This document shows, piece by piece, positions 1 through 13,027 of a DNA stretch of 64,000 bases. The notes under the pieces are model-generated. The model did not search any database, was not told where the DNA came from, and worked only from the letters and a program-made list of their open reading frames with translations. The position numbers and the translations under genes were made by a program. Positions within the stretch are counted from its first letter, which is position 1. Every line of letters begins with the position of its first letter. This DNA comes from Piromyces finnis finn. Its lineage: Eukaryota; Fungi; Neocallimastigomycota. The stretch spans positions 310,001 to 374,000 of the forward strand of contig MCFH01000036.1 of NCBI GenBank assembly GCA_002104945.1, read 5' to 3'.

Positions 1-1
1 A

Positions 2-358
2 TTAGAAGATAATGAAATTAAACTTCCACATCTTACTCAATCTCTTGGTATTGAAGATACCAATGGTGATTTTATACCAATTGTTCCAAAGAACACTGTT
101 TTACCAGCTACTCGTTTTATTGAAGTTGATAATACCAATACCCCATTATATTTTGCTTTCTACCAAGGAGAAAGTGAAGTTGCTTCCGAAAATAAATTAG
201 TTTCTCAAGTAGTGATTGATGACTTTGTTATTGAAGGTGGTGAACCAAAAGAAGGTGAAAAGATCAGCATTAGAATTAATTTATCACCAGAAAATCTTGT
301 CATTAATGCTCAAAATAAAGCTACTAAACAATCCACTAAAATCAGTATTAAAATATAA
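2..358 (+). CDS. 3' end of an Hsp70-family protein (substrate-binding beta-domain, no C-terminal lid; Ssz1/RAC-like), 5'-truncated by the window edge
   Basis: Frame 2 is open from base 2 to TAA at 356-358: LEDNEIKLPHLTQSLGIEDTNGDFIPIVPKNTVLPATRFIEVDNTNTPLYFAFYQGESEVASENKLV...KISIKI*. SLGIE..G.F.PI.P.NT.LP and YQGE....N match the Hsp70 SBD. Ending right after the beta-sandwich resembles Ssz1. This frame is missing from the ORF track. Confidence 0.75.
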   Translation, partial: LEDNEIKLPHLTQSLGIEDTNGDFIPIVPKNTVLPATRFIEVDNTNTPLYFAFYQGESEVASENKLVSQVVIDDFVIEGGEPKEGEKISIRINLSPENLVINAQNKATKQSTKISIKI

Positions 359-1013
359 AATGCTGTTATAGAATTTTAAGATTAAAAAATAAACAAGTAA
401 CAGCAACAACAATAAAAATAAAACATGAAAGGCAATTAGAGATTTTATAAAATTTTATCAAAAGTAATTATTCAAATCATAGAATATCAGTTTAATATAA
501 TATTTAATTATATAGTTTAAAAAAAAAATAAAAGAATAAAATAAAGTATTTATATCTATTAATTTTTAAATAAAAAAAAAAAACAAAAAATAAATAAATA
601 TTAAATATAATTTAAAACCTTTTTCAACTTTTTTTTGGTTATGAATTAAATTATTAAAAAATTTATTATTTTTGTCCTTTTATATATAATATTTTTTTAA
701 TTTTCATTTATATATATATATATTTCATGTGTACACCAGGTTTATTAAAGTTATTTATAGATTATTATATTGAATATACATTCATATAGAAAATCAAAAA
801 GAAGAAAAAGAAAAAAAAAGATTTATACGGAAATGGAAAAAAAAAAGACATTAGAATAATTAATTAAAAAAAAAAACAAGTATTATATGTATAAAAACTA
901 AATATATAAACAAATAATACTAAATAAATACAATAATAATAATAATAATAATAATTATAATAATAATATAAAATTCCTTTATATTATTATTATTATTATT
1001 ATTAAAAATTTTT

Positions 1014-2379
1014 TTAAGATAAATGTATTAATGCAGATTCATAATCTTTTCTTTTCATATCAATCCACGTTTGAATCATTTTTGCATCTGTTAGGAAAGA
1101 TTGTGCATTTAAAACAAAGGAATTCTCGGATGGTTCATAACTTTTAATACCCTTTGCTAAAATGTCTATATCTGATGGTGGTAATGACATATCATTATCA
1201 ATGGCTATAGATGGTAATGAATCATTTTTTAAATATGAATAAGCTAAAATGTAAAAACGTTTTAAACTTAATTCTGCTTCTGTAAGAATTTTTTCTTGAA
1301 TATTTTGTTGACCATATACTGACCAGCATAAAGTACTGGCTTGACAAAGGAAAAGTATAGCTTTAATGTTTGGATCTATTGGAGTATCTTTTGGTATCAC
1401 ATTAGTAGAAATCATGTTATATGCTTCATTGTATAATTTAAATCCAATTAATGCTTGTGAAATATAAATTTTGGCAATAATATATCTGTAAAATATTTAT
1501 TATTATTATTATTATTATTATTTTTTTTTTTTAATTATATATTAGTAATTTAAAATATTATTAACTTAATATCTCATAATATTATTAAAATAATAAAAAA
1601 TTTATATTAGTAACTCACAATGTAAATGGAGAAACACCTAAAGTTTTACATATTTCATCATTTTGATCATTTTTGAAATCATTGACATCAACTAATAAAA
1701 AGTCATTTAACATGGTCAATACTAAATCATATTGCTTATATTCTAAATAAATATAAGCAACATTTAATTTTAAAATATCCATTAAAATTTTTAACTCATT
1801 ATCTGTGAATAAGGATTGACTTGGTTTACTGATTCTATTTTCACCATTGGCATCTATTTCATTTATAGAAAGACCATCCATAGAAAGAGAATCAAGTCTT
1901 AACTTTTCAATTAGTGTAATATTTTTTTGGAAACATTTAAAACTATGATTCAATAATTCTTTTGGTTCTTCTGGAATAGTTTCTGGTAATTGATAATTTG
2001 AAAAGTTTGTACTAATTTTAATAAAATAAAATAAAATAATATAAATAATATAAATAAATATTAATAAGATTAATTAAAATAAATAAATAAAAAAAAAAAA
2101 AAAATTAATATGAATATAGTATTACATTTTATTTAGTTCTTTAAATTCATTATCTTCACCAAGTGGAGAAATTGTTCTTGCTTTATTATTAATAAAACCA
2201 TATATAATTTCTGGTGAAATTCTATATACCTTCATAATATTTTTTGGATCAGTTGAATATGTCTATTTTTAATAATAATAATAAAAAAAAAAGTTTTGAT
2301 TAATATTATTAATTTAAATAGTTAATTATTATTATTATTATTATTATTGTTGTTGTTGTTGTTGTTGTTGTTGTTTTTG

Positions 2380-2413
<34 letters not shown>

Positions 2414-4270
2414 GATATTCTTTATATATTTATATTATTACCTTATTTCTATAAATTCTTAAAAAGATTTCACCTGCACGTAACCAATAAAATATATTTT
2501 CTAAAGATATAGTATCGTTTTTATCTTGTCTTCTATCTTGCAATAAACATTTAATGGCCATTTCAAAATTGTTATGAATCATATATTGTAATTCTAAATT
2601 ATGTAATATTGATGGTAACTTTTTTATTTCTTTTGATTCAAATTTATTATATTTCCGATTATAATGTATTAAAAAGTTAATAATAATATTTAATATTATT
2701 TATTAATAGAATATATAATGACAATATTAAAAACAAAATATTTACTGTATTCATCAGAAGTTTTATTTTCTATTAATGATTCTTTATCTTCTTCAGTTTG
2801 TTTTCCATTTTGATCTTGTTCAGTAGATTGTTCTAACTGTTGTTCAGTTTGATTTTCCTGTTTCTTATCTTCTTCTTGATCATTTTCTTCGATTTGTCCC
2901 TTTAATTGTTGCTCTTTTAATAATTGTTCATTTTCTTTTAATGCCTTTAAAAAGAAGTTTTCTGCTAATGAATACTTCTTTTCTTGATAACTAACACAAC
3001 CTAAATTATTATAAATATAATCTTCACCTCGAGGTTGTGATGCTAATAGGCTAAAGGATTCTTTCATGTTTTCATCATTGTATGCCAATGTTGCATTTAA
3101 ATTATTGATTACATTTTCAAGTTGATAATAATTGTTTTGTGCTTCTCCCATTTCTTTTTTATCTTTATCGGATCCATTAGAACTCATAAAATCAGCTGCA
3201 ACCATTTCTTCCTCATTTATTGGTTCTACAGAAAGTGGTTCATTTTGATTAATTCTTAATGATAATTCCATATTTTTCTTTGCTTCATCTAATTCATTAT
3301 TTTTAATATTAATTCTTGCCTTTTGATAGTAGTAAAAAGCATTGAATGTATTGAATTTTGAAGGAAGAGCAGCTTTAATATCTGGTGAGGTAATGTTAAT
3401 ATTCTTTAATAGAACAGTTGATAAACTTAATGAACTGACATTTGAATCATTGTACTCATTTTTATCAATATCACTTTTACTACTGGAATGATCAATGTCC
3501 TTTAAAGAAGAGTTTATAGATGAATCACCGTCTTCATTTTCCATGCATTTCATTTCTTCTATATTTCTCTTATAAATTTTTTGGGATAACTCAAGAACAG
3601 CTATAGCCTTTTCACTATTGCCTAATTCCAGGTATAAATCTATTAAGAGAAAACTAATTTTAAGAGCTATATAATCATCCAATGCTTCTATATTACTAAA
3701 AGATGGTTCTAATAATTCTACAGCTTCTTTATATTTTCTTTCATTAAAATAAATGACTGAAGTGTTATACAATTCATATATAATGTCAGATAAAAGTAAC
3801 GGAAGATTGGAAAGTTTCAAAGAATCTTCTTCCATATCATCTTGATTATCAGCTAAATCTAAATCAAGCTCATTTACACTTTCTTTTTCCAATGATTTTT
3901 CGCTATTATCTTGATTTTGTGAGACAATTTCATTATCGATTTCTTTATTTTTTTGACTAGTTAAATATCCATTTAATTCAAAATTATTTAATAAATCATT
4001 ACTATCATTTAAAAATTTTATAATATCCAATTTATTATTATCTATTATTTCTTTATTTTCATTGATAGTCTTTTGCAATATTTCATTCAATGCTTCTTTT
4101 TGTTTCTTTTCTTGTTTATAGTAATATTCTGCAACTGCTAAATTATGTAAAATTTTTGGATCATCACTATTAGATTTTAATAATTCCTTAAGAATAATGA
4201 TACAATCTTTATAATTTTTATTTTGAAAATTGATTGTAGCTAACTGTACTAATTCTTCACTGGATGACAT
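1014..4270 (-). CDS. CNOT10: CCR4-NOT complex subunit 10 (TPR-like), 5 exons: 4270-2746, 2629-2442, 2252-2126, 2011-1619, 1485-1014
   Basis: N-terminal CIIILKELL...DPKILHNLAVAEYY, YNTSVIYF...KYKEAVELLE...ISFLLIDLYL, YNNLGCV, and exon 2 ILHNLELQY...YWLRAGE match CNOT10 motifs. GT-AG junctions join in frame by manual translation. Confidence 0.85.
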
Positions 4271-4542
4271 ATTTTATGCTAATTAATTATTTTTTCTTAT
4301 GATTTTGTTAAACAAAGGAAATAAAAAGAGTTTGTTTTTAATAGATTTATTTCTATAAACTTTATTATTAGAATTATAACCTTTTTCTTTTTCCTTTAAA
4401 TTTTAGAATACTACTATTTAATTTTAAATAAAAGTTATTTATCTTTTAATGGAAATGGTATAAAAATAATTTGATAATCTACTTTTATTTACTTTTAAAA
4501 ATGTATTAATTTAATTGAAATTAAGTATAGTATAGTATTGTT

Positions 4543-4587
<45 letters not shown>

Positions 4588-5809
4588 TTACTGTTAATTT
4601 TTATATATATAAAATAAATTAATTGATATTATACCCACTTAATCACTTTTTAAAAATATCAATAGTTAAAAAATATTTATAAATTATTTTTTTTATTTTA
4701 ATTAATTTCAAAGAATATATTATGAAAACTATTTACTTTTAAATTTATTAATACTAAATATCCGAATCTTTTTAAATTGTTTTATTGTAATTCCTTGGTT
4801 TTAGTTGGTTTTATTCAAAGATTTTATTACATCATACAATTAATTAATTTATTTGGTAACTGATGAAACTGAATTAATAATTATATTATTACTTGATATA
4901 TTTTTTATTGGTATATTATATTAATTTTAAATTTTATCAATCAATTATTTGTTGTTATTTTACTAATTCTATCAATCTAAGTTTCTTCTTTGTAAAGTAA
5001 AAAGTTTCTATTCTTTCTATTAAAACTTTTCTTTATTTATTTATTTTTTCTTTCTTTTTAATAAAACAAAGTTTATATATGAAACTATTAAAAAAAATTT
5101 TTTTTTTTTGATTAATCAAAATTTAATAATTAATCAAGTTCAAATTATTAAAATTGTACTACTTAAAAAGGTGGTTAGTATTTAAAAAGTATATAAAAGA
5201 AAATTTGCTTATAATAATAAATTTGTCCATTTAAACGTTCAATTCATCATTAAAATGCTTAATATTAATCTTATTTCACTATTTGTACACTACTATTGTT
5301 AAGTCTTTTCCAAAATATTTATGTTTTTGTTAAGTTTTTAACTAATAAAAAAATACTATGATTTTACTATAAATATTTACATTATTGTAATTTGCCATAT
5401 TAATAAAAAATAAATTTATTTTAGTGTATCATACATAATCAATTAACACTATGTAGCTTTTTATATTATTAACATAAAAACCACAAATTATATTTAATTT
5501 TTTTATTACATTATTGCCATTAAATATTAAAAAATAGTTATCTTTTCAAATAATCTATACACATTACTATTCAATATAAGTGGCTAATGTATAATGTCAT
5601 TTATGATAGTTTAAATAAAAACTAACAAGAAGTTTCATTATAAAAATAAAATTAATTAAATATGCTATAATTAGGAAAACTTAATTTATTCAAAACCATT
5701 TTTCTAAAACATAACTTATTAAAATTTTATTTTTTTTATTCCTTATTCATAATAAAGGTATAATAAATATATTTTAAAAGAAAGCAAACATATAATTATT
5801 ATAAGAAGA

Positions 5810-7141
5810 ATGTTAAATATAATACCTAAAGCTTCATCTATTAAACTTATTACTACAGGTAAATATAACTATATATAATCATTTCCTAAAAAGGAAATGA
5901 AATTTAGTATTTTGTTAAAATCAATTTTAAAATTTAAAAGATATTTTTAAATAAATAAAATGAAAAGTTTGAATATATATGTATTAATTTGGAAAATATA
6001 GACATGTATTTATTTATTTTCTACAATAGCATAATATAAAATAATATTATATTATATTTATTTAAAAGTAATTATATAATGGGTGATGAAATAGTAATTT
6101 CTGAAATTAAATTATGATAATTATATTGAATTAATAATTCAAATTTCTGAAATAGAAATATTCATTTTATATATTAATATAAATAAACAAAGATATTGAT
6201 GGAACTTTACTTACACCTGCGGGGAAATTATCAGAAAGAACTAAATATGTTATTCATAGAGTTTTAAATAAATATCCAAATCTTCATTTTGTTTTAGCAA
6301 GCGGTAGAGCAAGGCCTGCTACATTACATATTCGTGAGAAACTCAATATTATAAATAGGCCCTATACAGAATCCCTTCTTTCTAATGGTTGCGTTGTCTA
6401 TGATTCAAATAATAATGTTGTATATCAAGATACTATACCATCAGATTTTTTTATTAAAGCTCATAAAATTATAAAACCCTCACAAAAATATACTTATTTA
6501 TATAGTACTATTGATGATGCTATTACATATAGTGAACGATGGGCTAAAATTATGAAGGAAAAGTATAAAGAACAAGTTTTGATAGCTGATAAAAATGAAT
6601 TTGTTCAAAAAGTTGAAACAGGAAAAGTTCAAGTTAATAAATTCAGTTTTTTAGTATCAGAAGCAAAAGAAGCCGATGGTTAGTGTATATAAAAGAATAT
6701 GATATATAAATATATTATTCTATACTTTTTTTAACTGCTAATGATTCAAAATTATTTTATTTTATTTTTTTATTCTCTATATTTTTTATTTATAAAACTA
6801 AAAACATAATAGATATTAAGGAAAAACTTGAAGATTTAAGAAAAGAATATAAATTAAAATGTATATTTTCAAATGGACCTTATCTAGGTTATATGCCACC
6901 AAACACCAACAAAGGAACTAGCTTATCTAATCTTATACAACATCTCAATATAAAGAAAGAAGAAGTTATTGCTTTTGGTGATGGTATTAATGATATTGAA
7001 CTTTTCCAAAATTCTGGATGGCCAATAGCAATGGAAAATGCAAGTGATAAATTAAAACCATATGCTAAATTAATAACTAAGTCAAATGCTGAAGATGGTG
7101 TTGCAGATATGCTAGAAAAGATTTTTTTAAAAGATGAATAG
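5810..7141 (+). CDS. Cof-type HAD-IIB phosphatase, copy 1 (exons 5810-5858, 6193-6678, 6813-7141)
   Basis: Spliced product has motif I DIDGTLL, motif II ASGR, NGCVVYD, and motifs III/IV KGTSL...AFGDGINDIELF...IAMENA...SNAEDGVA. Open throughout. Confidence 0.92.
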
Positions 7142-7739
7142 ATTAAGGTATCTTTTTATTAAAATAATAAATAGTATATAATTATAATAAATTAAAAAAA
7201 AATATAAATATGAAAAAAAGTTATTAAGTTTTTATAATATTATAATAATTAGAGTAAAAAAGGTATCATACCATAAAATTAATATCAATGTTCCAATATG
7301 TACTATTTAAATATAAAAATGTAAATTAAAAATAATAAATATAATAAATATGAAATAATATAATTAACAAAAAAATTCTTTTTTTTTTTTTATTATTTTT
7401 TTCATTTTTATTTCTTTATTATTTACAATATTTAGAATTTTTTTTAACATGATAATATAAAGTATTATATTTTCTTTTCATAATTAAAAAAAAAAAAAAA
7501 AGAAAAAGCATTTAATTAAATTATTTTTAACTTTAAATTATATACAAATATAATAGTTTTACATTTTTTTTATGTATTATTTAAAGGATTAAACATCTTT
7601 TCTACTATAGTATAGTAATAAAGAATAAGTAATCAGTCATATTGCAATTTCCTTTTATTTAGGGCTAATAAAAATAATAAAATAATTATACTTTATTATT
7701 AAAAGATAAATATGATAATTATAAATCTAATTCAGTACT

Positions 7740-7749
7740 ATCACGTGAT
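7740..7749. promoter_or_regulatory. Palindromic E-box ATCACGTGAT (candidate bHLH site)
   Basis: Perfect 10 bp palindrome with CACGTG core ~160 bp upstream of the HAD copy 2 ATG. The identical 10-mer recurs at 43304. Confidence 0.4.
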
Positions 7750-7902
7750 AATATATAATATTAGTAATAAAAAATTAAGAGTATCAAATTAAAAATTTAA
7801 ATAGTTAAGAGCTATATTACAAAGTATTTTTCATATAAAAATACAAATCTTTGAAAAAAAAAAAAAAAAAAAAAAATAACTATATTAATATATTTCAAAA
7901 AT

Positions 7903-9305
7903 ATGGAATTACCAGAAGCTTCAAAAATAAAACTTATTACAACAGGTATAATATAGCTTTTTTAAAAAGAAATTAAAATTTTTAAAAATTTCGAAAATTT
8001 CAATTAAATAATTATTATTCATAACTGATAAATAATTAAAAATTTGAATTTTATAAATAAAATGGATAATTATTGAGATTTTTATCAGAATTTGTTCTCT
8101 ATCTAATAATAATTATAATATAAATCTCTATAATTAATATAAAATATTAATATTAATTATAGAAGTTTATATTAAAAATCTTTTTGAATTCTATACTATT
8201 TTATAGAATTCAAAAAAAGACTTTTAATTTGAAATTTCTTTTTAAAATTGAAATGGATTTCATTATAATTGATGAAATATAAATTAAATGAAAAAAAAAA
8301 ATTTTTTTTTATATTGTTATAATATAGATATTGATGGAACTTTATTAACACCAGAAGGAAAATTGTCAGAAAGAACTAAAAATGTTATAAATAAAATATT
8401 GGAAAAAAATAAAGATCTTCACTTTGTATTAGCTAGTGGTCGAGCTATGCCTGCTACTCAACAAATACGTAATACTCTTAATATTATAAAGAGACCTAAT
8501 ACTGAATCTATTCTTTCAAACGGTTGTGTAATATATGATTCAGAAAGTAATATTATTTATCAAAATACAATACCAACAGAGTTTTTTGTAAAAGCACATA
8601 AAGTTTTAAAACCATCATCTGAATATACATATATGTACAGTATAGGTAATGATGCTTTTACCTATAATGAATACTGGGCCAAAACTATTAAGGAAAAGTA
8701 TGAAGAACAAACAGTAGTTATTGATAAAGATGAGTTTACAAAAAAGATTGAAATGGGTGAAATTAAGGTTAATAAGTTTAGTATTCTAGTTAAAAGTTCT
8801 GAAGAAGCAGAAAGTAAGTCATTGAATCTTCATTATTATTATATATGTGATAAATATTAATGATATAAAAAATTGATGATTGACGTTGAACAATAAAATA
8901 CATTCATACATACAATATATTTATATATACATACATATATTAATTTCTTATCTATTATATAAATAAAAAATAAAAAAAGATATTGAAGAAAAGCTTGATA
9001 AATTAAGAAAAGAATATAAATTAGAATATGCATATTCAGCTGGTACTTTTGTTGATTATATGCCACCAGATACTAATAAAGGTACTGGATTAAATCATCT
9101 TATAAAAATTTTAAATGTGAAAAAAGAAGAAGTTATTGCTTTTGGGGACGGTGGTAATGATATTGAACTTTTACAAAGTGCTGGATGGCCAGTTGCTATG
9201 GAAAATGCAAGTAATAAATTAAAATCTCACGCAAAATTAATAACAAAATCCAATCGTGAAGATGGGGTTGCTGATTTATTAGAAAAAGTTTTCTTAAAAG
9301 ATTAA
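7903..9305 (+). CDS. Cof-type HAD-IIB phosphatase, copy 2 (exons 7903-7945, 8328-8813, 8980-9305)
   Basis: MELPEASKIKLITT-D|IDGTLL...ASGR...KGTGL...AFGDGGND...SNREDGVA. Same intron positions as copy 1. Confidence 0.92.
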
Positions 9306-9707
9306 GAAATAGAATAAAATACTTTTAAATAGTAGTAATTAATATAAATATTATTTATTCATATTTAATCCTATATAATTTTCAGTAAATATCATTAAAG
9401 AATTTATATTTTTATTTTAATCATCGATTAAATATATTAATATTATTATGATAATTACACTATCTGAATAAAATGTTTACATCAATAAATTGTATAATTA
9501 ATATTTTTAATAATAAAAAACCTTTATTAAAAAACTCATATTAACCAAAAATTAACCAATAGAATTTTAAAAATTAAATTAACAATTTTAATAAATCTGT
9601 ATTTTTTTTTTTTTTTTTTTTAATTATATTATTTATTTTTATCTAAATTCTGTAAAATAATACTTTTTAAAAATAATAAATTTAAAGTATTTAGTAAATA
9701 TAAAAAC

Positions 9708-11104
9708 ATGAGTGAAATATTACCAGAAGCCTCAAAAATAAAAATAATAGCTACAGGTAATGATTTATTTCATATATTTTTTAAGAATTTAAAGAGATTT
9801 AGTTATTGAATTTAAATTTGAAATACAATTTAATATTAATATATAAAAATTTAAAAGATATGTTAATAAACGATGTATTAAATTAAAATAATAATTATTA
9901 TATTATATGTCACACTCCTTTATAATCACTTTTCACTTTAGTTTGCTATTTATTGTTTAAGTAAACTGAATAATAATAATATAGTATTAAATTATATTAA
10001 AGTAATGTAATTTATTATTTAAAAAAAAAAAAGTATTTTATTTTTATATAATTATGATGACTTTTTTTTAAAAAATATTGTTATAAATATTATTAAATAT
10101 ATCATTTTTGTTAATTATTATTATTATTTTTTTTTTATTTTAAAAAAAAAAAAGATATCGATGGAACATTAGTAACTCCAGAAGGAAAAGTTTCTGAAAG
10201 AACAGAAAAGGTTATTCAAAAAATATTAAAAAAATATCCAAATCTCCATTTCGTTTTAGCAAGCGGTAGAGCTAGACCAGCTACCAAACAAATATGCGAG
10301 AAACTTCAGATTGTAAAAAGGCCGAATACAGAATATATTCTTTGTAATGGTTGTATTATTTATGATTATAATAGTAATATTGTATGGCAGGATACCCTAT
10401 CCCCAGAATTACTTAGAAAAGTTCATGAATTACTTAAACCTTCTTCAGAATGTATATATATGTATTGTGTTGGAGATGATACTGTATTATATGATAAGGA
10501 ATGGGCAAAAATTCTTAGAGATGAATATGAAGAACAAACTGTAGTAAAAGATATAGAAGAATATATTCAAGAAATAGAGTCTGGTCGAGTAAAAATAAAT
10601 AAACTAGGATTTTTAATATCTGACAAATCTATAGTTGAAAGTAAGTTTTATTATAATTTTTTAATATATATACTATTTTCTATTTGTAGTATTATTGTTG
10701 TTATTTTATAATATTTATATAACAAATTATCCTATTGTTTTATTATTTGTTATTATTATTATTTAGAATATCAATCAAAGTTAGAGAGTTTAAAAAAAGA
10801 ATATAATTTAGATAGTTCCTATGCAGCACCTATATTTTTAGAATATATGCCTCCAAAAACTAATAAAGGCACTGGCTTAACACAATTAATGAATAAATTA
10901 AGAGTTAAAAAAGATGAAGTAATATCATTTGGTGATGGTGGTAATGATATTGAACTTTTCAAAGCAGTAGGATGGCCGATAGCTGTGGAAAATGCTTGTG
11001 ATGAATTAAAACAGTACGCCAAACTAATTACCAAATCCAATGCTGAAGACGGTGTTGCAGATATATTGGAAAGAATCTTTCTAAAAGATGAATTAATGAA
11101 TTGA
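9708..11104 (+). CDS. Cof-type HAD-IIB phosphatase, copy 3 (exons 9708-9756, 10155-10640, 10767-11104)
   Basis: MSEILPEASKIKIIAT-D|IDGTLV...ASGR...KGTGL...SFGDGGND...SNAEDGVA. Same intron positions. Confidence 0.92.
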
Positions 11105-13027
11105 AATATATCATATATTATTACAAATAATCTAATAGTATTAATAACTTTATATTATTCCTATTTTTTTTTTAAAAAAAAAATGATGATTAATTACAAT
11201 AAATATAAAATTATTTTAATTTGTAAGGAAAATATTTAAAAAATTAAATAAATTTGTAAATTTTTTTAAATTTGTAATTTGTAATTCTACAGTAACATCT
11301 TATTTTATATATATATATATTTATAGTTGAATAATATACGTTTAATAGTTTTAATTCATTTTTTTATATATATTTTATATATAATTTATTAGAATACTTT
11401 TAATAGTTAAAATAGTTTTTAATATTAATCTTTTATCCGCATTTTGTAAATATTTATCAATAATAAAATTTTCAAAAATATATATACATAATTTCAAAGA
11501 AATATTTCTTAGTGTATAAAACATAAAATATATTTAATATCACACATATATTTCTTCAGTTTATTAATAATAAATATAGGTAGAAAGAGTAATGATAATA
11601 ACTCAAATTTTGTATATTTTATAAATTTCTTGGTATAAAAGGTATCTATAATAATAAAGTAATTTGTAATATGTTTTTCATTTATATTATATAAAAAGTC
11701 TGGTAAAAAAAAAAAAAAAAAAAGTAATGGCGTTTTTTATATAAAAGTAAAGTTAAAATGATAAGAGCATTATCCAATATTTAATTAATTATTTGAAATT
11801 AGTAACTTTGAATTTTATAATTTTATAAAATTATTAAATATAGAAAATGATAAAAAGATTCTTTAAATTTTAAAGACCATAAGTTTAATAATAAAACCAT
11901 ATAAAATTAAATTAATTATAAATTGGGTAAGATTTGGTAAGATTTTAATATAGAACTTAAAAGACTTTTTAATACTCAAATATGCCAAAAGTAAAAATCT
12001 TTTTTTTTTTGAAGTAATAATTAAATATCCAAAAAAATCTAGTATTTATATTAATTAATCAATTAATACAATGCTTTTATCCTTGTTATTAGTATTGATA
12101 AGACCATAGATGTTATAAAATAAATTCACTTCTTTCATTTTTTTTAAAGTTTATTATAAATTCTCATTTTTCAAAAGCGGCAAATTCTTTATTTTTTTTT
12201 TAATTAAATAGAAATTGTGTAACATATAAATTACCATAAAAAAAACTGTAACTCTAAAAAAAATCCACTTTAACTAATCCTTTTTTTTCTTTAATTTAAA
12301 TTATAAAATAAAGTATTGTGTAATTATGACAATCCATGTCAATCAATTAATAATTTAATATATTTTGTGAATAAAATTTAATTTATTTGGTTAAACTTGT
12401 AGATTTTAAATTACAACAAAATTAAAATATATTAATAATTTAATACACTTTTTCTATATTTAGATATTCAAGCCATAATTATTAATAAAAATGTTTACAA
12501 TAAAATCTCTATTCATTATTAAATTCAATAAAAATAATTTGATTTACTTATTATAATTATAATCTAGCCACATATACTTTTATGATTTATTAATTTCTAT
12601 TTCTATTAATTTAATTGTTATTTAACTTTAAATAATATAAATATAAATATTACAATCAATTTTAATAGGTTTCATTTTTTATCATATTTAACAATAAACT
12701 AAAAGCATAAATTAAATTTTTTATAAAAAAAACAGTGTAACCATAAAGTAATCTTTTTTTATTATTGATTTTTTTATACAAATAAAATAATTTTATCATC
12801 TTTTTTTTAATAATAAAAAAAGAAAAAAAGGTTTATTTTTACATAATTATTGCTTATATAAATTAATTATAAAATTACATAAATATTTTTTATAATAACT
12901 AATTTTGTTTTTATAAAATTTATTAATAATTGATTTATATATATTAAAATTAATAAATAATAATTGTGTTGTTTTACTAAAAATAATAAATATAATAATA
13001 AAAAAAAAAAACATTAAATTCCAAAAA

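Noticed and set aside
12-200. 62-aa ORF from the track
   Set aside because: Off-frame; the real coding frame is the Hsp70-like frame 2.
4543-4585. Long poly(T)/poly(A) tracts here and elsewhere as terminators or retro-tails
   Set aside because: Ubiquitous in this AT-rich intergenic DNA and uninformative individually.
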